The notes under the pieces: generated by a model
Databases searched by the model: none
Told to the model about the DNA's origin: nothing
What the model saw: only the letters and a program-made list of their open reading frames with translations
Shown here: one piece after another, positions 41,729 to 54,059 of the stretch
Layout: the number at the start of each line of letters is the position of its first letter
How positions within the stretch are numbered: position 1 is the stretch's first letter
Origin: Eledone cirrhosa
Taxonomy: Eukaryota
DNA length: 64,000 bases
NCBI GenBank assembly: GCA_964016885.1
Contig: OZ024740.1
Span: forward strand, 108,500,001 to 108,564,000
Direction of reading: 5' to 3'
Program-made: the position numbers and the translations under genes

Positions 41729-43981
41729 ATAGTAATTGTGAAATTAATAGAAAAAGAAAATCAATACAATTTTTCAATAGCTACAATCTTAAATTAGAAA
41801 TAGAGAATAACTATAAAATTGTTAACTTTTTAGACGTAACATTAAACCTTAACACAGGGCTCTACTATCCATTCTATAAAATTAATGAAAATCTAAACTA
41901 TGTAAGTTTTAACTCTAATCATCCTAGATCTATCAAGAACACTATTGTAAATTCTATCCAACAATGTATTTCACGCATCTCCGCTAATAAAAAACATTTT
42001 TGACGATAAGGCAGAATATTATAATGAAGCTTTAAATAGAGCAGGCTATATAAATAAGATTAAATACATCAACAACAGTGATAAGGCAAATAACCCTACT
42101 ATTAATTATAATTACAATAAAAAATTTAACTTAAACTCTAAAACTAACAGAAGAAATAGAACTAGAAATATTATTTGGTACTCACCACCATTCTCATTAA
42201 GCGTTAAAATACCTTTAGCAAAGCTATTCTTTAAAGCACTAGATAAATGTTTTCCAAAAGCCCATAGAGACCACTCAATCTTTAATAGACATACAATAAA
42301 ACTATCTTACTCTACTAGCACAAAATATAAATAAAATCAATAATAGAAATTTAAACCATAACCAAAATAGCAGTAATATCTCTAGCAATATCCAACATAA
42401 TTGTACCGTTCCGAATAACATCAACTCCGCTAAATGTAACTGTAGAATTAAATCAAACTGTCCTTTAAAAAATAAGTGCTTAGATAAGGACGTGGTCTAT
42501 AAATGCACAGTCAAAACCAGTGATAATATATTTAACTATGTAGGTTCAACTTCTACAGACTTTAAAAGTCGTTGGAATAATCACAAATGCTCTTTCCGAA
42601 AACTTGATAAAAAATCTTCAACTTCTCTATCAAACCTGATATGGAACTTAAAATGCAAAAATATGGACTATTCTTTAACTTGGGAAATAATTTCGAAGCA
42701 CCTGCCTACTGAAACACAGCTTTATCTAGATTTTGCAAATTGTGTGTTGAGGAAATTTTCTTCATACTTAAATGTAAGAACTCTATTAATGTACGGACGA
42801 ATTTATATAGTTCTTGTAAACATCGCCTAAATTCAACGTTTAGAACTATATATAAATTATAAGTACACTTATAATATTTCTACTTATTTCCATAACAATC
42901 TTATCCACTCTTGTTATCTCTAAATCATATCTATAATATTTGCTATAATTTCACTTCTTAAAATTTCTTAAAATATAGACATATGATCCTAACTTTTAAA
43001 TTTTTAATTTTTAATTTTAATAATTTTTTTTTTAATTCTTTATTTTTTATTTTTTATTTCTTAAATTTTTCATATATTTTTAAAAATTACTTATTTTTTT
43101 AAAAATTTACTTATCTCTTATAAATTTTTTTTTTAATTTTCCCGAATTTTTAATATTTAAAAAAAAAAGTTTTAATATCCTTTATTAGATTTATAACCAC
43201 TAACTAATTCAGGCTAAATATATTTTTCAACATTTATATCTTTAACATTTATACTTATTTTGACAAAATAGTCTCATACTAACGAATAAATAAACAAAAC
43301 TGGAGTTTTTTCCGTATCTTCCCAATTTAAAATATATAAATATAAATATTCTTATTAACTCAGTTAACTTAATTTAATTTAACTCAATATTTACTTACAT
43401 TAAATATAAACCAATATCCCTCATTAAAACAATTATCTATAACACGATATACCCATCTATCCATTTATCTATCTATTTATCTATTTATTGATTTATTTTT
43501 CTATTTATTTTTCTATCTATCTATTTTTCTATCTATTTATTTTTCCATATATTTTTCTATCTAATTTTCTATATATTTATTTTTCTATATATGTATTTAT
43601 TTTTCTATCTACTTATAACAGTAAATATTATATTAGAAAAGAATTTTAACAACTAAATAATCGTAAATATACGTACCATTAGTAGATATATACTTAAAAT
43701 TTATTCCCCCATATTAACGTTACATGAGTTCTATTCATGCTCTTGTTAATTTCTTCTCTCTATCTCTCTCGTAATAATATTATTTTTTTCTCTCCCTCTT
43801 TCTTCTCTCTCTTTCTCCAGTGTCATTTAAATAAACGGTTGTTTTTCAATTATTTACATATTCATTTGCATATTCACACATAAGTTTGAATATTCCCTAA
43901 TATATTTCCACTATCCAGTGAATTTCCAACCGATAAGGTATGATTTTCATGGGTACGTCTCTATTTATAAAACAAACTTTG

Positions 43982-44040
43982 TATTTTATCTGATGAAAGC
44001 GTACCAATGTTGTCTTGGTTGCCCTTGAAATAATAAAATA
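43982..44040 (+). ncRNA. type I hammerhead with helix III deleted
   Basis: Same as 40802-40865 but GAAA-TA-ATAAAATA (6-nt deletion). Confidence 0.7.
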
Positions 44041-44174
44041 AATATGGTTTTATAAATATAGTTTCCATTTATTTAATATCATTGAATATTTACTCCAGTA
44101 ACTTGTTGAGTGCTCTAAATCAGTTATAAACATTTATGTTTGTCGGACTTCCAACAAATTAAATACAACTTCTA

Positions 44175-44249
<75 letters not shown>

Positions 44250-44318
44250 TATGAAGAGAGAAGAAACATTTAGATATAATTAGTAATAAAATGTATCATA
44301 CCTAAACTGTTCCTAAAT

Positions 44319-44406
44319 TCCTCGACTACGTAGTTTCGTGGCATAAACAAAAACAATATATCAAAGATATAGAGTCCTTGCGAGGTCTGCCGACTTATCA
44401 AGAGGA
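44319..44406 (-). ncRNA. type I hammerhead, U3:A8 core variant with long stem II
   Basis: TCCTC-TTGATAA-GTCGGCA...TGCCAC-GAAA-CTACGTAG-TC-GAGGA; 3' half repeated at 44836-44929. Confidence 0.75.
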
Positions 44407-44929
44407 TACCTCATTTTACTAGTCTCAAGAACGCGTCTACACGACGTGAGAAAGAATCCCAAAAGGCGGAGGGGGAGATAGTCACGCGATATAACGGTCG
44501 AGAAACAGAGCTAAGCCTCTTATAACCACGAAGAAAATACCACGGAGGCGGAGGGGGTATTCATATCGAGGCCGCAGAAGAGGTAGTGAAGAAGGCGAGA
44601 AGTATGAGTAATGGAAGCTTTCCAGTTGTCCCCACACTTCAAAGATTGCTCGACCAGAGGGAGTTATTAATATATTTAGAAACACACAGATACATGCGGA
44701 CACACACATATATACATGAGTGCATCCGCACCCAACTGTGAGTTAAGGGTGCCAACTTCACCGATGTTGCTCAATGAATGACTGGGACAGACCAATTCAG
44801 TTTGAACTAGACTGAACCAGTATCAGAGTTAAAAATACATTATGAAGAGAGAAGAAACATTTAGATATAATTAGTAATAAAATGTATCATACCTAAACTG
44901 TTCCTAAATTCCTCGACTACGTAGTTTCG

Positions 44930-45652
44930 ATAGAAAGATTTGAATGGATACAGTTTAGTTGAAAGGAATTTATTGACACGTGTTTCTGTAACAGTTACAT
45001 AACCTGAAAACAGCTGCTATCTACAAAAGTTTTAGTTATGCAGACATTCAATATTTCAATGTTATTATTTACTGTCATTTCATCAGAATAATATTATTGA
45101 GGACCTATTTGGTTTTTATAGAGAATATTAGGGGGGAGGGGTGAAGTTGTTAGAAGAATAGTTGAGGGAGTGGTTTGTTGATAGCAGTGAGAATTGTTTG
45201 GTGGCAGTGAGTAATTAGATTCCCATCTGTTGTTTTGACATTTTTATAGAATATATTATTGGTTATTTTTCTAAATTTATAGAAGGATTAGAGATAGTAA
45301 AGATATGCGTGGTTGGTTTTGTGTTTGCACTTAATTAACATTCAGACTTAAATTTTTCTTTCAAGTGTACGTATCCTTTCACCCACGCATTCACACACAA
45401 ATATATTTGCACACCTCTACAAAATACATATACTCACATTCACATATTCATACTTACATACATATACACATGCATACATATATATATACACACATGTATT
45501 CATGTACATACATACGCGTTCATGTGTATACATTTTCATACTCAACTTATCTTTATATACACACGCATAGACACACACATATATACATACATACTCTAGT
45601 CTATGTGTACACATATACATATACATACACATCTATACATACATACATATAT

Positions 45653-45683
<31 letters not shown>

Positions 45684-47260
45684 AGCACTTTAATACATGA
45701 ATACACTTACATCCTACTATACACATCGAACATATATATATATTTACTTATTTATATACATTTTCACATATATATACATACTTATGGACGTTTTTTAGAC
45801 ACATTCATTATCGCATATTTGCACCTATTTTCATCAGCATATCTTTCCATTATTAGTGTGGTAATTTAAGGTTATTAATATATGTTGAGAAGAGATTGTT
45901 TTTATATTTTTCTAACTAGAATGAGGTTTATATAGTTGGGGGGATGTCCCTCTTTTATGTAATATTCGGCTTGTAGTGGGAAAAAAGGGTTTTAGTTCTG
46001 TGACGGCAGAATAATATTCGTTCAATTCTGTTATTCAGCAATTTCTTCTTGTGTGTGATTATGTAATAAATCTCAAGATTACATAATTTGCAGAAATTTT
46101 GGCTCCTGGAAAAGCTTTGGGTTTTAGCTAATTTCTCCCATTTTAGAGTAAACTTTTGATCACTATCCCTGAGCGTCCAAGCTTTTTCTGCTAAAGTTGT
46201 TACATTTCTTTGGCTCTGGTGTTTTATTGAGTAAGAATGCCTATATAATCGAGATTTGAACGATGTTGCCGTTGATCCCACGTAATACCACTCGTTGCCT
46301 CCGGATTTAATGGTACACTTATAAATAATATTTTTTTCCAGGCAGTTATTGCCGAGGGGGCAGTTGTCAGGATAGATGCAGTTACAGTTGTGTACGTTGG
46401 GTTTTCTCTGGAGTAGTATTGCGGACGAACTTAGGTGTGGTTTATTTATGTTCTGTAGTGTATTGTCTACTGTGTTTTTTTGTGTTTTTTGTACTTAAGT
46501 TCTTAGTGTTTTCGTTTAACCTTCTAGTATTGATCTTTTTTTATGTGTTGTTCAAGGTTTAACGCTGTAGAGTATGACAGTCTTATAGTGGTTGGGTTTA
46601 GGATTTTGTGGTATTTGTGTGATGTAGGAAAATGTCTCTTAATTATTTTAAAGAAGAGTACTGGTAAATTTGTACTAATGGAACTATTGTATTCGGGGTT
46701 ATACCATAAGTACTCTTTGCATCGCTTTCTATTAGTTTTGTTTGTTGGTTTACTGGTGTGCATACTACGGTAGTAAGTGTGGTTTGGTGTTGTGTTATTA
46801 TATCTACCTATGTGGGATTTATTTTGGGTGTTTTGATTGTTCCCATCTATATACTCTATTTTGTTGAGGTAGCCTGCTTTACTAAGGGCGTTATCGTAGT
46901 ACTCGGCGTGTTCCTTAAATACTTGTATGTTAGAAGATAGACCCGAGATTCTAAGGGAAATATTTTTAGGGATAGATTTAATTATAGAGATGGGGTGGTT
47001 AGATCCAACATTTACATATTTGAGATTTTCATTCAATTTATGAAACGGTTTAATCAATCCAGAGTTTAAATTGAGTGTGACATCCAGGAAGTTAACTACT
47101 TTAAGGTTGTATTCATATGTTAGTCCTATTTCGAGTCCTATTCATATGTTAGTCCTATTTCGAGTAGTTTTCTTATATCTTTGCATAGTTTTTTTAGTTT
47201 TTGGTTACTTAGGTTTTTAACTAGGAGGAGAACATCGTCGCGGTATATTCCGCAATAGAT
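44930..47260 (-). mobile_element. Penelope-like element (probably Hydra clade), 5'-truncated
   Basis: IYRDDVLL, VNFLDVTLNL, SNHP, LWYNP, CNC-x5-CPLGNNCL, IIYKC..YVGSTATSFKSRLYRH, CKLCNLE; 3' region carries a hammerhead. Confidence 0.92.
44970..45091 (-). ncRNA. type I hammerhead with ~90-nt stem II
   Basis: TTATT-CTGATGA-..TGACAGT...ACTGTTA..-GAAA-CACGTG-TC-AATAA. Confidence 0.85.
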
Positions 47261-47295
47261 TAGAAGCACTCCACAGTGGCGGTTTTCCGGAGTTA

Positions 47296-47335
<40 letters not shown>

Positions 47336-47411
47336 TAACTCCGGAAAACCGCCACTGTGGAGTGCTTCTAATCTATTGTAAAACTTTATTCATTGAACCT
47401 TGTTTAACCTT

Positions 47412-47489
<78 letters not shown>

Positions 47490-47492
<3 letters not shown>

Positions 47493-47842
47493 GATATTAA
47501 CAAATGGAAACTATATTTATAAAACCATATCTATTTTATTATACATATTTCAAGGATACCATGTTAAATTATGGTGTGCTCCAAAAGTAACGGTTGCATT
47601 TTGAAAGAGTATGTCAAAATTTATTTATAAAACTGGTATATATTGTATTTTGTCTGATGAAAACATACCATAATTTAACATGGTATCCTTGAAATATGTA
47701 TAATAAAATAGATATGGTTTTATAAATATAGTTTCCATTTGTTAATATCGTATATTTACTCCAAATATTTGTCGAGTGCTTTATATCAGTTATAAAAATA
47801 TTTGCTTGTTGTATCCCAACAATTTAAATAGAACTTTTGCAT
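47490..47842 (+). mobile_element. non-coding PLE-derived fold-back unit with hammerhead (47646-47710)
   Basis: TATTTTGT-CTGATGA..GAAA-TATGTA-TA-ATAAAATA; same family as the end of the 40757-44178 PLE; (TA)n on both sides. Confidence 0.85.
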
Positions 47843-47860
47843 ATATATATATATATATAT

Positions 47861-48042
47861 AGATGATATTCTACAGGACTAGAACTGTTTCATTCATTAG
47901 AAATCATCAGGAATCTGATGATTTCTAATGAATGAAACAGTTCTAGTCCTGTAGAATCTCATCTATATTAAAACTTTTATACTCTGCTATGTATTGAGTA
48001 CCTTACTTACTGTGGTTACCTCCGATTCAACCCGGAATAACG
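47861..48042. ncRNA. head-to-head hammerhead pair plus tail
   Basis: Minus hammerhead 47868-47914 (ATTC/GAAT stem I) abuts plus core 47915-47957; same family as 5148-5300. Confidence 0.85.
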
Positions 48043-48096
<54 letters not shown>

Positions 48097-48164
48097 TATA
48101 GTAAGATTGATACATATACGAGACATGTCCGTGCAAATTAATGACAGTAGTAAGACGTGCGTAG

Positions 48165-48210
<46 letters not shown>

Positions 48211-48504
48211 TTCTTTGTGTATATATTAGTATGTTTCTAAAGCAACATTTTGTAAATGACAGTAGAGAGACAAAAGCGGAAATGGAGACGGGGTAGTGTG
48301 GGGGAATAAAGGGTTATAACAATAATGTATGTTTATAAACAAACAATGATGTATGTATGTTTGTGTTTAGATACACAAACAAAACAGAAAAAGTATCTAT
48401 GTAAATAGTGGCCTGCATTTATTATCAGTGTCCTTGCGAATGATATATATATATATATATATATATATACCTATATATATATATACCTATATATATATAT
48501 ATAC

Positions 48505-48657
<153 letters not shown>

Positions 48658-48694
48658 TATATTGTTATCCTTTCAATATATATATATATATATT

Positions 48695-49108
48695 TTGAGT
48701 ATATGTTGGTTGTATACCAACACCTCAGTATGCAGATTGGGGCACTCGACGAAGTGCGTAGGTTGGTTTGGTTACTCCGGAGTAATGTAAAATAAAATAA
48801 AATAAAATAAATAAGTCAAATGTTTTAAATTTGGCTTCGTTTATTACTGCTATATATATTTCGGTGACAGCCATCTTTGGCTGTATATGATTCCAGTTCC
48901 TCAGTGAAATAACAACCCAACCAGGAACTGGGTATATCAGAGTACTGACAAAGTTATACACCTCAACAACTTGTGTACTCGTCTCTACCACACTAATTCG
49001 GACTGCATGAAGAGGTCACAGCCAAAGATGGCTGCCACCGAAATATATATAGCAGTAATAAACGAAGCTAAATTTTAAACATTTGACTTATTTATTTTAT
49101 TTTATTTA
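48695..49108. mobile_element. fold-back unit with hammerhead (49002-49056, C3 changed to A)
   Basis: ACTGC-ATGAAGA-GGT..CAGCCA-AAGA-TGGCTG..ACC-GAAA-TATATA-TA-GCAGT; inverted arm at 48795-48883. Confidence 0.8.
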
Positions 49109-49126
49109 TATATATATATATATATA

Positions 49127-49572
49127 TGCAAAAGTTCTATTTAAATTGTTGGGATACAACAAGCAAATATTTTTATAACTGATATAAGCACTCGACAAGT
49201 ATTTGGAGTAACTATACGATATTAACAAATGGAAACTATATTTATAAAACCATATCTATTTCATTATACATATTTCAAGGACACCATGTTAAATTATGGT
49301 ATGCTTTCATCATACAAAATACAATATATACCAGTTTTATAAATAAATTTTAACATACCCTTTCAAAATGCAACCGTTACTTTTGGAATATCCTGATGTC
49401 TTCCAAAAGTAACGGTTGCATTTTGAAAGGGTATGTTAAAATGTATTTATAAAACTGGTATATATTGTATTTTGTATGATGAAAGCTTACCATAATTTAA
49501 CATGGTGTCCTTGAAATATGTATAATAAAATAGATATGGTTTTATAAATATAGTTTCCATTTGTTAATATCG

Positions 49573-49573
<1 letters not shown>
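49127..49573 (-). mobile_element. fold-back unit of the 47490 family, both hammerheads with ATGATGA core
   Basis: Arms about 49215-49388 and 49403-49573. Confidence 0.85.
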
Positions 49574-49599
<26 letters not shown>

Positions 49600-49603
<4 letters not shown>

Positions 49604-50633
49604 AGAAAAAATTTACGAAATGGAAATGCGGGTATATAGAATTTATTAGGTAACAATTGTTTCTATAGTGTATGAGTTACCTATACCTCGCTATTTGAAT
49701 AATACACAAATATTATCAAAAACCGAAAGTACACTGTAAGCCAACACACCATGTCATCAGACCTTTGTATTAGAATGATATGAAAATATTTTATACACTA
49801 GATAAAAGATAAAGAAGGAGGTAGGAAGAGAAGGGGAAGAGGGAAGTGAGTAAGGTGGAGGGAGTCTTAGGGTTTAAGACTGTCAGACTAGTAGAGATTG
49901 TGAAGAGAGAATGTTTTGGCAGCAGTTAGCTTAATGAGGCGTGCTAAGGTTGGCTGGGAAGTAGATACTTCTAGTGGTGTTGTTCGGACAAAATTTAGTT
50001 AGAGGGGTCAAAGTGGTACAATGTCACAGACAAGTTATTAGGGCTATTATAGTAGCAGGTTATTTCTAAAGGGGTCCAGAAAAACAGTGTTTAGTACTAT
50101 TATTATAGAAAGCCATATCTAGTGTATAAACATATAAGACAGAAATTTGCAAACGTTGGTGTAAAAAGGTAACATTATATGCATTTAAAAAAAGAAAAAG
50201 TCGTTTTCAAACGATGGTTACAGTATAGAGAACGTTCAATTTTGCTGTTCAAAAGTTTGTTTACCGACGTTAAAATGCAGTATATCTCTAAATTGCATAA
50301 CTTGCAGAATCGATGATTTTGCTGATATGCAGGCGCAGCTGCAATAATTTGCCAATCAAGGGAGAACGCTTGATTGTTCCTCCGAAGCTGCCAGGCTTTA
50401 TCGGCGAGGGTTGTTACGGAGCGCATTTTCTCGTGCCTGATCGAAGATCGATGTTGGTATAGGCGAGCCTTGAAAGAAGTTGCGGTACATCCGACGTAAT
50501 ACCATTTGTTAGTCCCGGAATTTATTGTACACCGGTAGACAATATTGCGTGCTAGGCACTGGTTATTCAGTGGGTACGTACCTGGTTTGGTGCAGTTACA
50601 ACAATTTTTATGTTTTGCAGTAGAATCCTGCAT
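49600..50633 (-). mobile_element. Penelope-like element 3' fragment (GIY-YIG plus 3' region)
   Basis: CNC..PLNNQCL, IVYRC..YYVGCTATSFKARLYQH, CKLCNLE. Confidence 0.9.
49648..49764 (-). ncRNA. type I hammerhead with ~90-nt stem II
   Basis: AGGT-CTGATGA-C-ATGGTGTG...TACACTAT-A-GAAA-CAATTG-TT-ACCT. Confidence 0.85.
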
Positions 50634-51569
50634 ATATATATATTATTCTTGTTTGTATATTATATTTCCGTTGCTATATAGTTGTGTATGTATGTTTGTT
50701 TCTGTTGCTATACGCATGTGGGTGTTTGGTGGAAGCGTGTATCTATCTATCTATATGTGTGTCTGTTGTTCCATGTAATTGTATGTATATGTTTCTATTA
50801 TTCTATGCACGTGTGTGTTTGCATGTCTGTATGTGTTTATATATTTCCATGGCTATATACGTGTGTATATTTGGTTGTGTGTGTAAGAATATATTGAAAA
50901 AGTTTTATACAAATCGAAAATCTAGATAAAAAGTAAAAGTAGAAATGAACATGAATATATTTAAAGATCCTTGTTTTTCTTTAAATCCAACAATAGATAT
51001 TTTTATATTTGCCAGGCATAATTACATCTTTAGGAAGATGCTTCACATTCATTCAGCTTCGCTGAATATAGCCTTGGCCAAGTGTTGATGTCATCAGCTG
51101 GTGTCCCAAGCCAAAAGTATGATATTATTTCCGATTACCCTTTATATTTTGAACTATAGGCATAATAACATCTTCAAGAAGACGCCTCACATTCATTCAC
51201 CTTTGGTGAACATAGCCTTAGTCAGGAGGGTGTTGACGCTAGTGGGTCAGCAGTAGTAGCCAAATTACTGTCCATCTTCGCCTCCTGGCTTCCACATTAT
51301 CTCTCTCCTCCTCCAAAACCAACAAGAGATCCTTTCTGCAGTCTCCCACATCCTACGAATTTCACCATTTTCTCTTCCTATCATTCCATGGCCGTGAGCA
51401 TTCTCCATAGTGAATGAGCCGGTAATCCCCTGTAACCCACCTCGACTGGAAATAGCCATGCCTCTCAACCTTTCTCCTTACACTATTGCACAAGTACATT
51501 AATATTATCTACTTTTTGTTTATATATTTGTCTTTTGCATTTTCAATAGAACTTTCAATCATCTTTATA

Positions 51570-52310
51570 AACTTAGCCCAGTAGACGTCCCTTCTCCTTC
51601 TCCCTCTGTTGACGCCAAGTCTCTCCTGAGTATTTGAGTGCCATCCAGTGCAACCTGGCCTCGAACAGGCTAGCGCGCCAGCTCGACCAGCACCGCTTTG
51701 CATGTTATCGCGCGGCCTCACAACCCCACGGCGGTGCCTGGCTCCATGTCTTACCCTCATTCTCTGCTGGCACGCAGCTGGACAATGGTAGCATATGCAT
51801 CGGGGTTTCCCTGAGGATCGGCCTCCGGATCTGCGAACCACACAAATGTCGCTGCAGATCCACCGTAGACTCTTTCGGCCTCCACCCACTTCCCCTCCCA
51901 GCTCGAGATAGTGAGGCTGGACCGAGAGGACGGCATGACCGTCTTCCCGTTCCATAGTGGTAAACCCCCTCATCTTGGATGCAACATGTAGTGACACATT
52001 CTCCAGCGACAACCTGGTGCACTCTGCGACTAACGCAGGCTCTGCTGCACTTCGGGCTGAGGAGGGTAAACTCTCCATGTATCTGTTGCTCTCCGACAGG
52101 TTTGCAATCGAGCCCCTGCCAGTGTAGACTTCTAGTGTCCTTGGCTCTAGGGCTACCTCCTTACTTACCACGATAGGCGCGGAGCTGATGAGCCGCAGGT
52201 GTGAACCTCTCGAGATGGAATGGCTCTTCCAGCGCATCTCGCTTACCATCCTCCGGGAAAACGCCTCTATTCTGTCCGCCGGGGACGTGGGGCGGCCAGC
52301 GCGTGGGATC
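51570..52310 (+). mobile_element. CRE-like 3' fragment, degenerate
   Basis: Nucleotide and protein match to 57010-57830 (GAWLHVLPS, CRC..H, QRISLTILR) with internal deletions. Confidence 0.9.
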
Positions 52311-52839
52311 CCATTTTCTCATAATAGTGAGAGATGGGGAGGGTGAGAGAGATTGAGTTAATGACAGTGGGAGTTCGGCTCCTCTGTGTCCGAACCTGGT
52401 GTACGTGTATGTGTGCGTTTACGTAGATTGGCAGAATCGGTAGAGCGTCAGACACCATGCTTTCTAGCATAGTTACGTCCCTTTACAGTCTGAGTTCAAA
52501 TCCCGCCGAGGTTAACTTTACCTTTCATCCTTACGGGGTCGATAAAATAAAGTACCAGTAATGTACTGGGTAATTGCTGGCCTTGTGCCTAAAGTAGAAA
52601 CAATTATTATTATTATTATTGTTATATTCTATTTAGAATAACCAAATGATTTCCAGTGGCAAACATCTACTTTTATCTATTTATATTTATTTTCCTTTAT
52701 TCTTTTGTTTTTGTATTTATCTACAAACCCTGAAAATAAACCCTTGACAGAGACACAGAACTCTAAAGGAGTGGTTAGTGCTGGGAATTATAAAAGATAG
52801 GAAAAGGACGTTTTCTAAATGTGTGATCAGTATTTACCA

Positions 52840-53600
52840 CTCACTGTTCAAGGGTCAATCCGCTCGTGGTCCAGGCCGACAGGATGGAGAAGACATTGCC
52901 CAGGAATATGGCGAGGGAGACGCGCTGAAAAAGCCATTCCACCTCGCGGGGCTTGTATTTGCAGATAGCCAACACCGTCTCGTAGGGATATGGTCCGAGG
53001 CCAAGAACACCGGAAATCTCCACTGTCACATGCTCAAACTTATCAGAGAGCAGCCGATACTTTGACAGTTTGCTCTCTTCGGCCTGATGAACAGCGAAAT
53101 CTGGGATTTTCGCCGAATTCATCAGGTTGCCGCTAGAGAAAGTGTCACATTATGTGGCATCCCAGATGACGGGCCTACCGACGCGGAATAGGAAAATTGT
53201 TATGCCGTGTGGCTTTTTACGCCTCCTCGGTCCAGCTTCGCTGGCTAGAGCTGGGTAGGGAAACCTGTGGCGTCCAGGTCATGCTTTATGACCTCCTTGG
53301 CGTGGGAGAGGGCGTGGGAGAGGGCCAGCACTATAACTGTCTGACAGTGGGTGGACACCGAAAGAATTCACAGAGAATCCCCAGCGGCATTCGTGAGGCT
53401 CACAAATCCGGAGGCCGAACCCCAAGGATATACCGATTCGCAAACAGTTGCTGTCCAGCTGAATGCCAGTCGAAAATGATGGTACTGCGTTATGCCAGGA
53501 GCCGTTGTAGGTTTGGGAGGGCGACCGAAAACATGCCAGGCGTCTAGGTCAGCCGGCGCACCAACCGGTTTGGGGTCAAGTTGCTTTGGATAGCGACTCA
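52840..53600 (-). mobile_element. CRE-like 3' fragment, degenerate
   Basis: KYRLLSDKF..VEISG..EWLFQRVSLAIFLGN. Confidence 0.85.
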
Positions 53601-54059
53601 ATTGATTTGGGGGGAATGGACAACAACAAAGGTGAAAGGGAGATCAACAAGACACAATGGAACCCTAAACTCTTAACACAATGGAAACCCATCTAAATAC
53701 TCACACAGATATGCCGAATAAAAAATTCCTTTTCTAGTAAATCAATTAAATCCCGATCTGTTGAACCCCACATTCACCCTCAACACACCACTTTCATAAG
53801 AATAGATTTTGAGAGAAAATTCACGCGTTTTAACTGAACATAGAATCTAATAAAAAACTTTTTAAATATTTTATAAGATTTACATACTAATCGGTAATAT
53901 TTGGTAAAACTTATATTCATTTAATGTAATAAATATAAGAATATTTATTCTGTCTAATAAAAGAAAAACAAATCTTTAAATGTAGTTCTTTTTCACTTTT
54001 ACTCCCCCCCCCCTCCACATCTATGTGTGTGTATGCATATACACACACATATTTACATA

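Larger units (their letters stand above)
40757..44178 (+). mobile_element. Penelope-like element (probably Hydra clade) with inverted 3' segment at its 5' end, inserted in (TA)n
   Basis: 41495-42850: DDILL, VNFLDVTLNL, SNHP, IWYSPP, CNC-x5-CPL-x3-C, VVYKC..YVGST, CKLC; 40757-41494 is the reverse complement of about 42710-43010 plus 43790-44085. Confidence 0.92.

Noticed and set aside
51080-51100. CTGATGA on the minus strand as a hammerhead
   Set aside because: No matching GAAA-stem III-UH or stem I partner.
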